From Candidatus Saccharimonadota bacterium (GTDB lineage: Bacteria > Patescibacteriota > Gracilibacteria > Absconditabacterales > Absconditicoccaceae), in assembly GCA_000503875.1 (NCBI GenBank), contig CP006913.1, forward strand, positions 150,001-182,000: DNA of 32,000 nucleotides, in the 5' to 3' direction. This document shows positions 11,105 to 20,168 of this stretch, one piece after another. Numbering within the stretch: position 1 is the first letter of the stretch; each line of letters starts with the position of its first letter. Under the pieces are notes generated by a model. That model ran no database searches, was not told where the DNA came from, and saw only the letters and a program-made list of their open reading frames with translations. Both the position numbers and the translations under genes were made by a program.

Positions 11105-11569
11105 ATGCCCATGGAAAAACAATACACCCAAAAGCGTTATGTAAGTTATGAAGAACTCCAAAAGAAATGTGTTTTACTGGCTGAAAAAATTGAAAAGAGC
11201 GGTTTTTCTCCCAATATGATAGTATCTATCACCAGAGGATGATTGCTTTCTGCATATTTCCTTGCAGATTTGCTAGGAGTAAAGAGTATTGAGACCATTA
11301 ATATTACTACTCATGATGGAACTGTTTCATGAGAAATTAGAGATGCGACGAAAATTCCCAAAGATTTCACCGAATTCAATGCTTTGATTGTAGATGATTT
11401 GATTGATAGCGGGAAAACCATGAAATATATTCTTGATCAATATACGTTCAATCCTTTGGAAACCAAAATAGCAACTATTTATTGTAAATCAAAAGCAACA
11501 TTCAAACCAGATTTTTTTGTAGAAGAAATCCCTGCAGAAGAACGAATTGTTTTTCCATACGAAAGATAA
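11105..11569 (+). CDS. gpt: xanthine/guanine phosphoribosyltransferase (Gpt-like type I PRTase)
   Basis: ATG 11105. MIVSITRG-G-LLSAYFLADLLG and the PRPP motif ALIVDDLIDSGKTM align with E. coli Gpt (IIAVSRGGLVPGALLA, FIVIDDLVDTGGT). Track ORFs 11051..11242 and 11384..11569 share one frame, joined via TGA. Confidence 0.8.
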
Positions 11570-11592
11570 TTTTACTTTAAAATAGCAATATT

Positions 11593-12522
11593 ATGAGCAA
11601 AATCGTATCAATTGATGGTATGACCTGGATGCATTTTCATCATCCATCCAAAGAAGAAATCAAAGAAATAGTAGAAACCTATGATGTCCATGAATTAATT
11701 GAGGAGGATATCGCAGATAAAACAACTCAGGATAAAATAGATGTATATGATGATGCTATTTTTCTTGTGCTTCATTTTCCCAAATATGATAAAAAAAATG
11801 GAAAATATATGTCCAATGAATTTAATATTATTTTGGGGAAAAAATTTATCGTTTCGGTGACCAAATATCACACCAATCATATAGAGAGTATTAGAGAGGA
11901 ATATAATCAAGATCTTCGTGAGGATGAGGATAGAGATGAACATGAATTCAAAATATCTCCGTATTATATTCTCTACAAAATTATAGATGTAATGTATGAT
12001 AAAGTGCTTTTGGCCTTGCATAAATTCAATCTTGATCTCAATGAATTGGAAGAAAATGTTTTTGACGAGGAGGGTTCTAGTAAGGATTTATTGGAAAGAA
12101 TGTTGCTCAAAAAACGCAATATAGTTTTTCTCAAGCATCTTATTTTGCCACAAGCAGATATTTTACAAGAGATTCAAAAAGCAACGATGAATTTCTATGA
12201 AGGAGATTTGGATGTATATTTCGAAGATCTTCAATATAAAACAGATAAAATTCTGGCCAATATTAGTGTTGCAATGGAAAATGCCGAATCGCTTTCCATG
12301 ATGTACAATACACTCGCAAATATTAAAACAAACTCAATAATCTCATTACTTACTATCTTGACAGTAATTATATGAATGATGACAATGATAACTGGACTTT
12401 ATGGGATGAATGTTCAGCTTCCCGGACAAAATGTTACGAGTACATTTTTTATTATCTTGGGAACTATGCTTATTGTTAGTGGATGAATGTATATTTTATT
12501 TAAAAAGAAAAAGTGGATTTAA
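11593..12522 (+). CDS. corA: CorA-family magnesium/cobalt transporter
   Basis: Track ORF 11593..12375 continues through TGA (12373-12375 and one more) into ..ITGLYGMNVQLPG..IILGTMLIVSGGMYILFKKKKWI. It contains the YGMN signature and two C-terminal TM helices. TAA at 12520-12522. Confidence 0.9.
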
Positions 12523-12533
12523 TTTTTTTAAAG

Positions 12534-12565
12534 AAAAAAGCTGCCGAATTCGGCAGCTTTTTTAG
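12534..12565. terminator. bidirectional rho-independent terminator (corA / pyrF convergent pair)
   Basis: AAAAAAGCTGCCG-AATT-CGGCAGCTTTTTT: a perfect stem with flanking A- and T-runs. Confidence 0.85.
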
Positions 12566-12592
12566 TAAGTGACTAAATTGTTTAACCCATAG

Positions 12593-13435
12593 TTACATAC
12601 ATTCTCTAAAAAGGATTTGAGACATTTGTTCTTGTATTTCTTGAGCTTTTATGCCAGCAACTTCGGCAAAGTCTTCACCACTACTCGCATGAATAATTCC
12701 ACGAGAACTATTTACAAGAAGTCCACATTGATCGTTTAGACCATAAATACATACATCATCTAAACTTCCTCCTTGTTCTCCAACACCGGGAACTAACAGA
12801 AAATGGTCTGGAACTATTTCCCTGATTGGTTGGAAATATTCAGCTTTTGTTGCTCCGACCACGAACATCGAATTATCTGGAGTGGCACCCCATTCATTTA
12901 CAGCTTTTTTTAGCATATGTTGGTAAACAGGAAGTGTTGTCTCTTCGATATGAAGTGTCTGTAAATCAGTAGATCCATCATTGCTTGTGAGAGCAAGTAT
13001 AACAGACCACTTATCCTTGTATGTCAAAAATGGTCCGACAGAATCAATCCCCATATATGGGGCAATTGTCATTCCATCAGCTCCAAGCTTTTCAAAGAAT
13101 GCTTTTGCATACATTTTGGAAGTGTTTTTGATATCACCTCTTTTTGCATCAGCAATAATTAAAATTTCGGGATAATGGCTCTTAATATAATTTACAGTAC
13201 ATTCCAATTGTACCCAGCCGGAACTTCCAAACATTTCATAAAAAGCTAAGTTTGGCTTGTATGCAATCGCATATTTTGCCGTAGCATCAATGATTTGTTT
13301 GTTAAATTCCAACAGTGGATATTCAATATTCTCCTCCAAAATGTGTTTAGGTATTTTGGTGATATCAGGGTCAAGTCCTACACAAAGAAATGATTCTTTC
13401 TTCATTATCTGATCAAATAATCGTTCTTTATTCAT
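12593..13435 (-). CDS. pyrF: orotidine-5'-phosphate decarboxylase, type 2
   Basis: Intact 280-aa ORF: [40 protein letters not shown]. No in-frame TGA at all. Confidence 0.9.
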   Translation of the reverse strand: MNKERLFDQIMKKESFLCVGLDPDITKIPKHILEENIEYPLLEFNKQIIDATAKYAIAYKPNLAFYEMFGSSGWVQLECTVNYIKSHYPEILIIADAKRGDIKNTSKMYAKAFFEKLGADGMTIAPYMGIDSVGPFLTYKDKWSVILALTSNDGSTDLQTLHIEETTLPVYQHMLKKAVNEWGATPDNSMFVVGATKAEYFQPIREIVPDHFLLVPGVGEQGGSLDDVCIYGLNDQCGLLVNSSRGIIHASSGEDFAEVAGIKAQEIQEQMSQILFRECM

Positions 13436-13440
13436 GGTTT

Positions 13441-14253
13441 TTATTTTTTGTTGATGGATACTTTTAATAATAATTCTGCAAAGTCCCGTACACCAAGGAT
13501 AGAAGCAAGTTTACCATTGGTTTCTTTGTTGTAAAGTTCAAAGATCCCGATGCCACGTTCACGTTTTTTTTCGTTTTTGATTAATTCAAAAATAGGTTCT
13601 GGATGTTTAATAATTTTTTCACATCCCCATTTCAAAGGATCTTCCCAATACTTTATCAATTCCTGGTACATTGACTGGGAGATAAATCCATTATTCATAA
13701 GATACTGCCAAGAGTCGTTATCCAAGTCGACAATAGCATGTCTTTCAATACCAAGTTCTTCAAGAACCTTAACGCCGTTTTCCATACGATCTACATAAAA
13801 AAGCGCTTGTTTAATAGTACCACCAGCTTCTTGGATCATTTTTTGCCACTTACGAATTGAACTTCCTTCATTGTTTAAATCGCCAATGTGGAGAATTTTT
13901 TTGTCTTTCAAATCAAAAGTACCAAATGAAGTTTTACCATCTTTATATAGCATTTTAATGTCCTTCCCCAAATGATTCTGAATAGGGAATGCAAAAGGCC
14001 AGTCTCTACTTTCTCCTGCAGATATAATATCAATATCCATTTCTTGGTTATTAATATATTCAATCATTGCATTGATAGCGCTTTGTGAAGCACTGGCATT
14101 AGAAAACACAGCCATAGATTGTACGTAATAGGGACCAATCTGATTAGATGTATAATCAAACCAAGGTTTGTTTTTCTGTTCAGTGAATTCAAACCCATTA
14201 CAACTAACTAATAATTTTAGTTGCTCTTTTTTTAATTTTGGAAAATACCTCAT
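13441..14253 (-). CDS. pyrE: orotate phosphoribosyltransferase-like PRTase with C-terminal extension
   Basis: Intact 270-aa ORF placed 5 nt upstream of pyrF. PRPP-loop-like [17 protein letters not shown] aligns with PyrE RVMLVDDVITAGTAIRE, but the DD is GD. About 80 extra C-terminal residues. No in-frame TGA. Confidence 0.65.
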   Translation of the reverse strand: MRYFPKLKKEQLKLLVSCNGFEFTEQKNKPWFDYTSNQIGPYYVQSMAVFSNASASQSAINAMIEYINNQEMDIDIISAGESRDWPFAFPIQNHLGKDIKMLYKDGKTSFGTFDLKDKKILHIGDLNNEGSSIRKWQKMIQEAGGTIKQALFYVDRMENGVKVLEELGIERHAIVDLDNDSWQYLMNNGFISQSMYQELIKYWEDPLKWGCEKIIKHPEPIFELIKNEKKRERGIGIFELYNKETNGKLASILGVRDFAELLLKVSINKK

Positions 14254-14388
14254 ACTTTTTATTTTTATTAGTTTGTATTTTTATTTGAAATGTAAATACT
14301 ATTTATATATTTAGATATAAAAATCAAGTCTATCAAAAATGATTAAAAATCTGACTTTTGTTTTGCATTCTCCTTATAAAACACTATA

Positions 14389-14410
14389 TTCCTCACTGAG
14401 GAGTTTTTTT
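14389..14410 (+). terminator. orphan plus-strand hairpin plus T7 in the pyrE-like/pnp divergent intergenic region (pnp leader attenuator or end of a small RNA)
   Basis: TTCCTC-ACT-GAGGAG followed by TTTTTTT, about 120 nt upstream of the pnp ATG. No plus-strand gene lies upstream of it. Confidence 0.4.
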
Positions 14411-14531
14411 ATTGAAGGACTTAGAGACTTAGCAAAGTGAGTAGTTTATATTACCTGCTTTTCTAAGTTACTAGTTTCTTCTCCAAAATTTCTTTTGCCA
14501 CAAGGCAATTTTATATTTTCTTTATAAAAAT

Positions 14532-16667
14532 ATGTCAATAAAAAGAAAAGAGGTGAAAGTGATCGCTAAATCTTTTGATCGAGCAGGAAAATCGCTTTCA
14601 TTTGAGACAGGAAAATTAGCGGTACAAGCTGATTGTTCTCTCAAAATCGATTTAGGAGACAATCAATTGTTATGTTCTACGGTTATGGAAAAGAATCCAA
14701 GATCTGATATGGATTTTTTGCCATTGATGATTGATTTTAGAGATAGTTATTCTGCAGTAGGAAGACTTGGTGGTGCAGCATACAGAAGAAGAGAATGAAG
14801 ACCTTCTGATCAAGCAGTTCTTTACTCAAGACTTGTAGATAGAGCACTTAGACCAATGTTTCCAAAGGGGATGATCAATGATGTAATTATCACTATTTCT
14901 CCACTTGGAGTAGCTCAAGATATAGATCTTGGTGTAATGTCTATTGTAGGATCTTCATTATCAATTATGGTAGCAGGAATTCCTTTTGATGGTCCAGTAG
15001 GAGCGGCTCAAGTAGGATATATTGATGGTCAATATATCATCAATCCAACAAAAGAACAATTAAAAACGTCACTTCTCAATCTTCTCGTTTCAGGTAAAAA
15101 AGGATCAATCAATATGATCGAATGTGAAGGAAACGAAATACCAGAAGAAATTCTTAAACAAGCATTTGTTGAAGGACAAAAAGCAATTGACGAATCTTGT
15201 GATGCACAAGCAGCGTATCTTAAATTATGTACGGTTGAACCTAAAAAAATAGTATATAACAAACCATCAGACGAAGTTATCGCCTATGTTTCAAATATTC
15301 TTACTGCTGATAAACTTTCAGCTATGACAGGAAACGCAAAAGTAGGATTCAACGAATTATTTAGCAAATATGAAAAAGAAGCTATCGAAATAGCAAAAGA
15401 AAATATTGAAAATAACGATCTCGAAGATTTCACAGAAAGTAAGGTAAAGATGGCAGTCTTTTACGTTATCAAACATTTCCTTCGCCATCGTACATTAGAG
15501 ACAGGAAAGAGAATTGACGATAGAGATATCAAAGAAATTAGAACACTATATTGTGAAGTAGGATTGTTTCCAAGAACTCATGGAACTGGTTTGTTCCGAA
15601 GAGGGGATACGCAAGTACTAAGTACCGTTACTCTAGGAGGTCCTGGAGAATACCTTATTATCGATGATATGGAAAATGATTATGTGAAACAAAGATATAT
15701 GCATCATTACAATTTCCCTCCATTTTCAGTGGGAGATGCAAAAGCTATTAGAGGAACAGGTCGTAGAGAAATTGGACATGGAAGATTAGCAGAAAAAGCT
15801 ATCGAACCTATGCTTCCAGCAAAAGAAGACTTCCCATACACTATCAGAGTTGTTTCTGATTGTCTAGGATCAGGAGGTTCTACATCAATGGGATCAGTTT
15901 GTGGATCAACACTTTCATTAATGGATGCTGGAGTACCTTTGAAAAAACCAGTTGCAGGAATTGCAATGGGATTGATGACAGAACATGAAGAAGACGGAAC
16001 AATCACTAAACATATGGTGCTTAATGATCTTATGGCAACAGAAGATTTTATGGGAGATATGGATTTCAAAGTAGCAGGAACAAAAGAAGGAGTAACAGCT
16101 ATCCAACTTGATACCAAACTCAAGGGAATTACTATGGATATCGTTCATGAAACTATCACAAGAGCATGCGAAGGATACAAAGAAATTATGGATTTTATGC
16201 TTGAAACTATCCCTGCACCAAGAACTGCAGTTGGTACCTATGCACCAAAGATCTTCACGATGAAAATTAGCCCAGATAAGATCAAAGAAGTGATCGGAAA
16301 ATGAGGTGATGTGATCAACAAGATTATCGAAGTTTCTGGTTGAGTAAAAATCGATCTTTCAGATGATGGAATGTGTTTTATCACGCATCAAGATCAATTA
16401 GCTATCGACAAGGCAGTTGAGATGATCAAAGAAATCATTACTGATCTTGAAATTGGACAAACGTTTGACGCAAAAATCACAAGAGTAGAGGAATATGGTA
16501 TTTTCGTTCAACTTCCAAAGAAGAAGATGGGACTTTGTCATGTCTCTCAACTTGGACAAAAATTCACCCCTCCATTGACGAATCATTTCAAAATAGGAAC
16601 AACTCTTAAAGTTACTATCACATGAATCGATCCTACAGGTAAGATTTGATGTAAAATAACAGCTTAA
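14532..16667 (+). CDS. pnp: polyribonucleotide nucleotidyltransferase (PNPase)
   Basis: Track ORFs 14532..14798, 14856..16304 and 16371..16625 share one frame. TGA codons fall on RRE-G-RPS (14796-14798) and VIGK-G-GD (16302-16304). Two RNase PH domains, then KH and S1 (GQTFDAKITRVEEYGIFVQL). TAA at 16665-16667. Confidence 0.95.
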
Positions 16668-16677
16668 ATACCAAGAA

Positions 16678-16703
16678 AGGTGATCTCCGGATCATCTTTT
16701 TTT
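16678..16703 (+). terminator. rho-independent terminator after pnp
   Basis: AGGTGATC-TCCG-GATCATCT (8 bp including one G-U pair) followed by a T-run. Confidence 0.75.
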
Positions 16704-16776
16704 AAAATTTCAAAATTTGACAATAATACAATTCTGACTATACTTATTATGTGTTTTATATTATAAATATTTCACC

Positions 16777-17055
16777 ATGGCATTCGATTTCGATGGGTTT
16801 AGATTAGATAAGATTATTAATCCAAATGCTCATTGTACACATATTGTATTTATATCAGTTGATAACCCAGATATTCATACCAAAACCTTGATATTATTTG
16901 ATAATCAAATTAAATATATGCAAGTCAATGAACATCAAAATTTTATTAGAGTAAAAATTTTTATGAAATCTGACGATACGCCAATTGCTATAGATTTTGA
17001 AGAAAATCAGAAAGAATTATATGAATTGTTTTTGAAGTCAGTAACTAATAAATAA
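16777..17055 (+). CDS. hypothetical protein, 92 aa
   Basis: Intact ORF with no TGA, located between the pnp terminator and the isomerase gene. No recognisable motif. Confidence 0.45.
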   Translation: MAFDFDGFRLDKIINPNAHCTHIVFISVDNPDIHTKTLILFDNQIKYMQVNEHQNFIRVKIFMKSDDTPIAIDFEENQKELYELFLKSVTNK

Positions 17056-17080
17056 AAATTTTAACAGTTAATAGTTGTCT

Positions 17081-17995
17081 ATGAACCTCACCAATATCCA
17101 ACACATCGCCGATGATATCAAAACAATCACTATTCAAGGTGCAACAAATATTGCCAAGGAAGCGTGTAAAATAATGGAACAAGAACTTCGTTCTCAGACA
17201 TTTTCTAATATCGAAGAAATGAAGAACTTCGTAGAAGCGGCAACAGAGATGCTCATTGCTGCCAGAGAAACAGAACCATTGCTTCGCAATGGGATGAAAT
17301 ATGCGAAGTCTAAGCTCCAGCAATGAGCATCACAGGCAGAAATTGCTGATGCATTTGCTGAATATCTTGGACGAGTAGTTCGTGAGGAAGAAGTTAGACC
17401 AACAATTGCTGCAGAACTTATCAATGATGGCGAAAATATTGTAACCCATTGTCATTCTGGATCCGTGGTCAAAGTATTGACGACAGCACGAGGTCAAGGC
17501 AAGAAAATTCACGTCTACAACACTGAAACAAGGCCTTTGTACCAGGGAAGAAAAACATCTGCGGACCTTTTGAAAGCTGGGGTGCCAGATACGATGATTA
17601 CTGATGATGCGGCCCCATTTTTCGTCGATAACGAATACGATAATCATATTCACGTTCACAAAGTTTTCTTGGGATCTGACTGTATTAGACCAAATGGAAA
17701 CACCATGAATAAAGTCTGAAGTTTTGCGATAGGACTTTCGGCTTGGCATTCTGGAGTTCCCTTATATATCGTAGGAAGTTTGCTTAAGGTTGATCCAACA
17801 AATACCATCGGTATCGAGGCAAGATCAGGGAAAGAACTCTGGGCGGATGCTCCAGCAGACTTAGATATCCTGAATTACGCATTCGACTTGGTACCAGCAA
17901 AATGTATTACCTGAATTATCACCGAATTTGGCGTCATCCGCCCCGAAAACCTCTTATCAGAAATCAAAAAGAGATATCCGTGGATGCTAGAATAA
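17081..17995 (+). CDS. eIF-2B alpha/beta/delta-family sugar-phosphate isomerase, probable ribose-1,5-bisphosphate isomerase
   Basis: ATG 17081. Track ORFs 17075..17326 and 17465..17719 share one frame, joined by TGA. Family motifs IVTHCHSGSV, TETRPLYQGR, FLGSDCIRPNGNTMNKVG, GVPLYIVG. The 304-aa size fits the short e2b2 type rather than MtnA. Confidence 0.7.
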
Positions 17996-18033
17996 ATAGT
18001 ACTTATTATTTAGGATTGGTTTATAATATGAAC

Positions 18034-18173
18034 AATAAAGAAGACAAACAAAAGAAACTATCATCACAAAATTAAGATCATATGTAGTCAAAGCAGGAAT
18101 GTAATTACTATGAGATCTTAAACTAAACGAGGATACTGCCTTGATGAGAGATGAATTTTGTTTGTCTTTTATT
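18034..18173. repeat. 140-nt element bounded by 18-20-nt terminal inverted repeats with nested internal stems (MITE-like or structured RNA)
   Basis: AATAAAGAAGACAAACAAAA (18034-18053) is the reverse complement of TTTTGTTTGTCTTTTATT (18156-18173) apart from a 2-nt bulge. Inner pairing TTAAGATCATA (18072-18082) with TATGAGATCTTAA (18109-18121). Confidence 0.5.
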
Positions 18174-18191
18174 GTGAATAATTTTTTGATT

Positions 18192-18217
18192 CTTAGAATA
18201 TTGATCTAAGTTTTTTT
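18192..18217 (+). terminator. plus-strand rho-independent terminator about 200 nt downstream of the isomerase gene
   Basis: CTTAGA-ATATTGA-TCTAAG followed by TTTTTTT. Confidence 0.55.
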
Positions 18218-18221
18218 AATC

Positions 18222-18250
18222 AAAAAAAACCTCTCACATTCGTAAGAGGC
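18222..18250 (-). terminator. rho-independent terminator of the SPFH gene
   Basis: Minus strand reads CCTCTTAC-GAAT-GTGAGAGG followed by T8 (an A-run on the plus strand, 18222-18229). Confidence 0.75.
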
Positions 18251-18264
18251 TTTGTTATTTTAAA

Positions 18265-19026
18265 TTATTTTTTACTAACTGCGTCCTTAATTCCTTCTAT
18301 CGCTTTCATAATCTCAATAGGGATCATCCAAACTGTTGTATTGGATTGATCAGAACTAATATCGTTGATAGATTGAAGTGTTCTCAGATGTAATGCTCCA
18401 GGTGCTTGTGAAAGCATATCAGCAGCTTTTTTGAGGTTTTCTGATGAAGCAAGCTCTCCTTCGGAGGTGATAATTTTTGCTCTTTTTTCTCTTTCTGCTT
18501 CTGCTTGCTTCCCGATCATTCTTTTGAGATCATCAGGAATATTAATATCTTTGAGTTCTACAGACAAGACATCAACTCACCAAGAGTCTGATTTTTCATC
18601 GACAATTTCTTTGATTTTGTGGCTAGCTTCCTCTCTTTTTGCCAAGAGCTCGTCAAGTTCAAATTGTCCTACGATATTTCTCATAGTTGTTTGAGCGAAT
18701 TGGGTCATCGCATAATCAAGATATCTTACATTGATAACAGATCTATCTACCTGATCTTCTTTGATTTTATAATAAATTACCGCATTGATGATGCAAGAAA
18801 TATTGTCTTTGGTCATGGCTTCTTGACTAGGCACATCAACAGCTTTTTCTCTGATATCAACTTCTTGTGACGTTTGCACAATTGGCCAAATAAATCTAAA
18901 TCATGGTTTTAAAATTCCTACATATTTTCATCGCGTAAAAACAACTCTTCTTTCATATTGTTTCACAACTCTAATTCATGAAAAAAGATATCCAACAATA
19001 ATAGCAATCAATCGAAATCATGTCAT
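18265..19026 (-). CDS. SPFH/band-7 (stomatin/prohibitin-like) membrane protein
   Basis: ATG 19026: MT-G-FRLIAIIVGYLFS-G-IRVVKQYERRVVFTRGKYVGILKPGFRFIWP. Track ORFs 18577..18879 and 18265..18567 share one frame, joined by TGA. AEAEREKRAKII is the typical SPFH C-terminal helix. Confidence 0.85.
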
Positions 19027-19083
19027 GATATATATTTTATAAAATAAAAAATTCAGATTCTTATTGTATGCCAAAATTGTAAT

Positions 19084-19110
19084 AAAAAAAGCCCCATATT
19101 CAAGGGCTTC
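19084..19110 (-). terminator. rho-independent terminator after mltG
   Basis: Minus strand reads AGCCC-TTGAATAT-GGGGCT followed by T7. Confidence 0.7.
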
Positions 19111-19115
19111 GATTG

Positions 19116-20132
19116 TTATTGTAAGTAAGTTCTCTTATTTTGATTATGTTCTTCTAAGCTTGTTGCATAATGAATTATTCATTGATTATCATGCAGATAG
19201 AAGAAATATTCTGTTTGAGTTGGTTGAAGCGTTGCCATAATACTTTCAACGGTAGGATTGCTTACCGGAGTTGGTGGTAATCATCTAACAGCTCTTGTAT
19301 TGTAAGGATTTGTTTTATCTGCAACATTGCGAGCAATAAAATTTGGCGTACAGTCACTATATGGGACTTCAAAAAAATAACATAAACTGATGTCAGCGCC
19401 AACCAGTGTTCCCAACTGTAATCTTTTCATTAAGATTCCAGCAACCGTTGGTCTATTTTTGTTGCTTCTTTCTTCTTTTTCTACGATACTCGCAAGAATA
19501 ATTGATGAATACCAATCCATTCCTTGTGGAGGAGTAATGGTACTAGCTTTTTCCCAAACTCTCTTTTTGAAGGTTTCTAATTGAAGGTAAACTAATTGAT
19601 CAATAACATCTTTTTCTGTATCAACTTTGTAGGTATCAGGGTAGAGGAATCCTTCTAAGCTTTTGATCTTTAGATTTTGAAGAAACGCGTATCTTGTCTG
19701 ATATTTGCTAATTAATGCAATATCAGATACAAAAGCAACATACGCTCCAGAAGTGATTAATCCTTTGCTCATAAGTGAGTTATCAATATCATAAATAGAC
19801 CATCATTCCAAAACTTTGATCGTATGATAAGCCACACGAGGTCCCTCAAGAATAGTAGTTATAAATGTTTTTGGCGAATAAGATCAACTAAAGATATAAC
19901 TTCCCATAGGTAATTTGGAAAAATCCACATCATTATTTCTTACATATCGTTTGATTTGCATTTTTTGCTTCCAAGAAAAGTCCGTAAGGAATGTCTGAAA
20001 AGTGTCTCCTTCTTTGATAGTTATTGTTTTTTGATAAGAAAATTTATTTGAAAAGAGAAATATATATCCCAAAAGAATTATAATAAGTAAGATAATCCAT
20101 CTTCAGATTTTTGGTTTTTTGTTTGTTTGCAT
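19116..20132 (-). CDS. mltG: YceG/MltG-family endolytic murein transglycosylase
   Basis: ATG 20132 with an N-terminal TM (WIILLIIILLGYIFLF). EGFLYPDTY, ASIVEKEE, YNTRAVR-G-LPPTPVSNP (TGA at 19281-19283). Track ORFs 19884..20072 and 19281..19772 share one frame. TAA at 19116-19118. Confidence 0.85.
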
Positions 20133-20168
20133 AGGGTATAGATAATGAGTAAAATTTTTCAGAATAAA

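Noticed and set aside
12593-14253. Compositional (GC) island marking pyrF/pyrE-like as foreign DNA
   Set aside because: Spot counts give about 40% GC, the same as pnp and other core genes. Only the absence of TGA codons stands out, so horizontal transfer remains just one hypothesis (see findings).
15029-16148. Antisense or overlapping ORFs inside pnp (15029..15262, 15707..16123, 15918..16148). The same applies to 17045..17749 inside or opposite the isomerase gene, 13550..13798 and 12981..13175 opposite pyrE/pyrF, 20491..20733 and 21265..21477 opposite rnj, 18431..18870 opposite the SPFH gene, and 8960..9253 and 9831..10112 opposite the pilin-like genes
   Set aside because: All overlap strongly supported genes on the other strand or frame and have no recognisable motifs. 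They are typical shadow ORFs.
18130-18160. Hammerhead-ribozyme-like TGATGAG...GAA string
   Set aside because: It lacks the CUGAnGA core context, has no stem II between the boxes, and has no plausible cleavage-site helix. The similarity is a short chance match.
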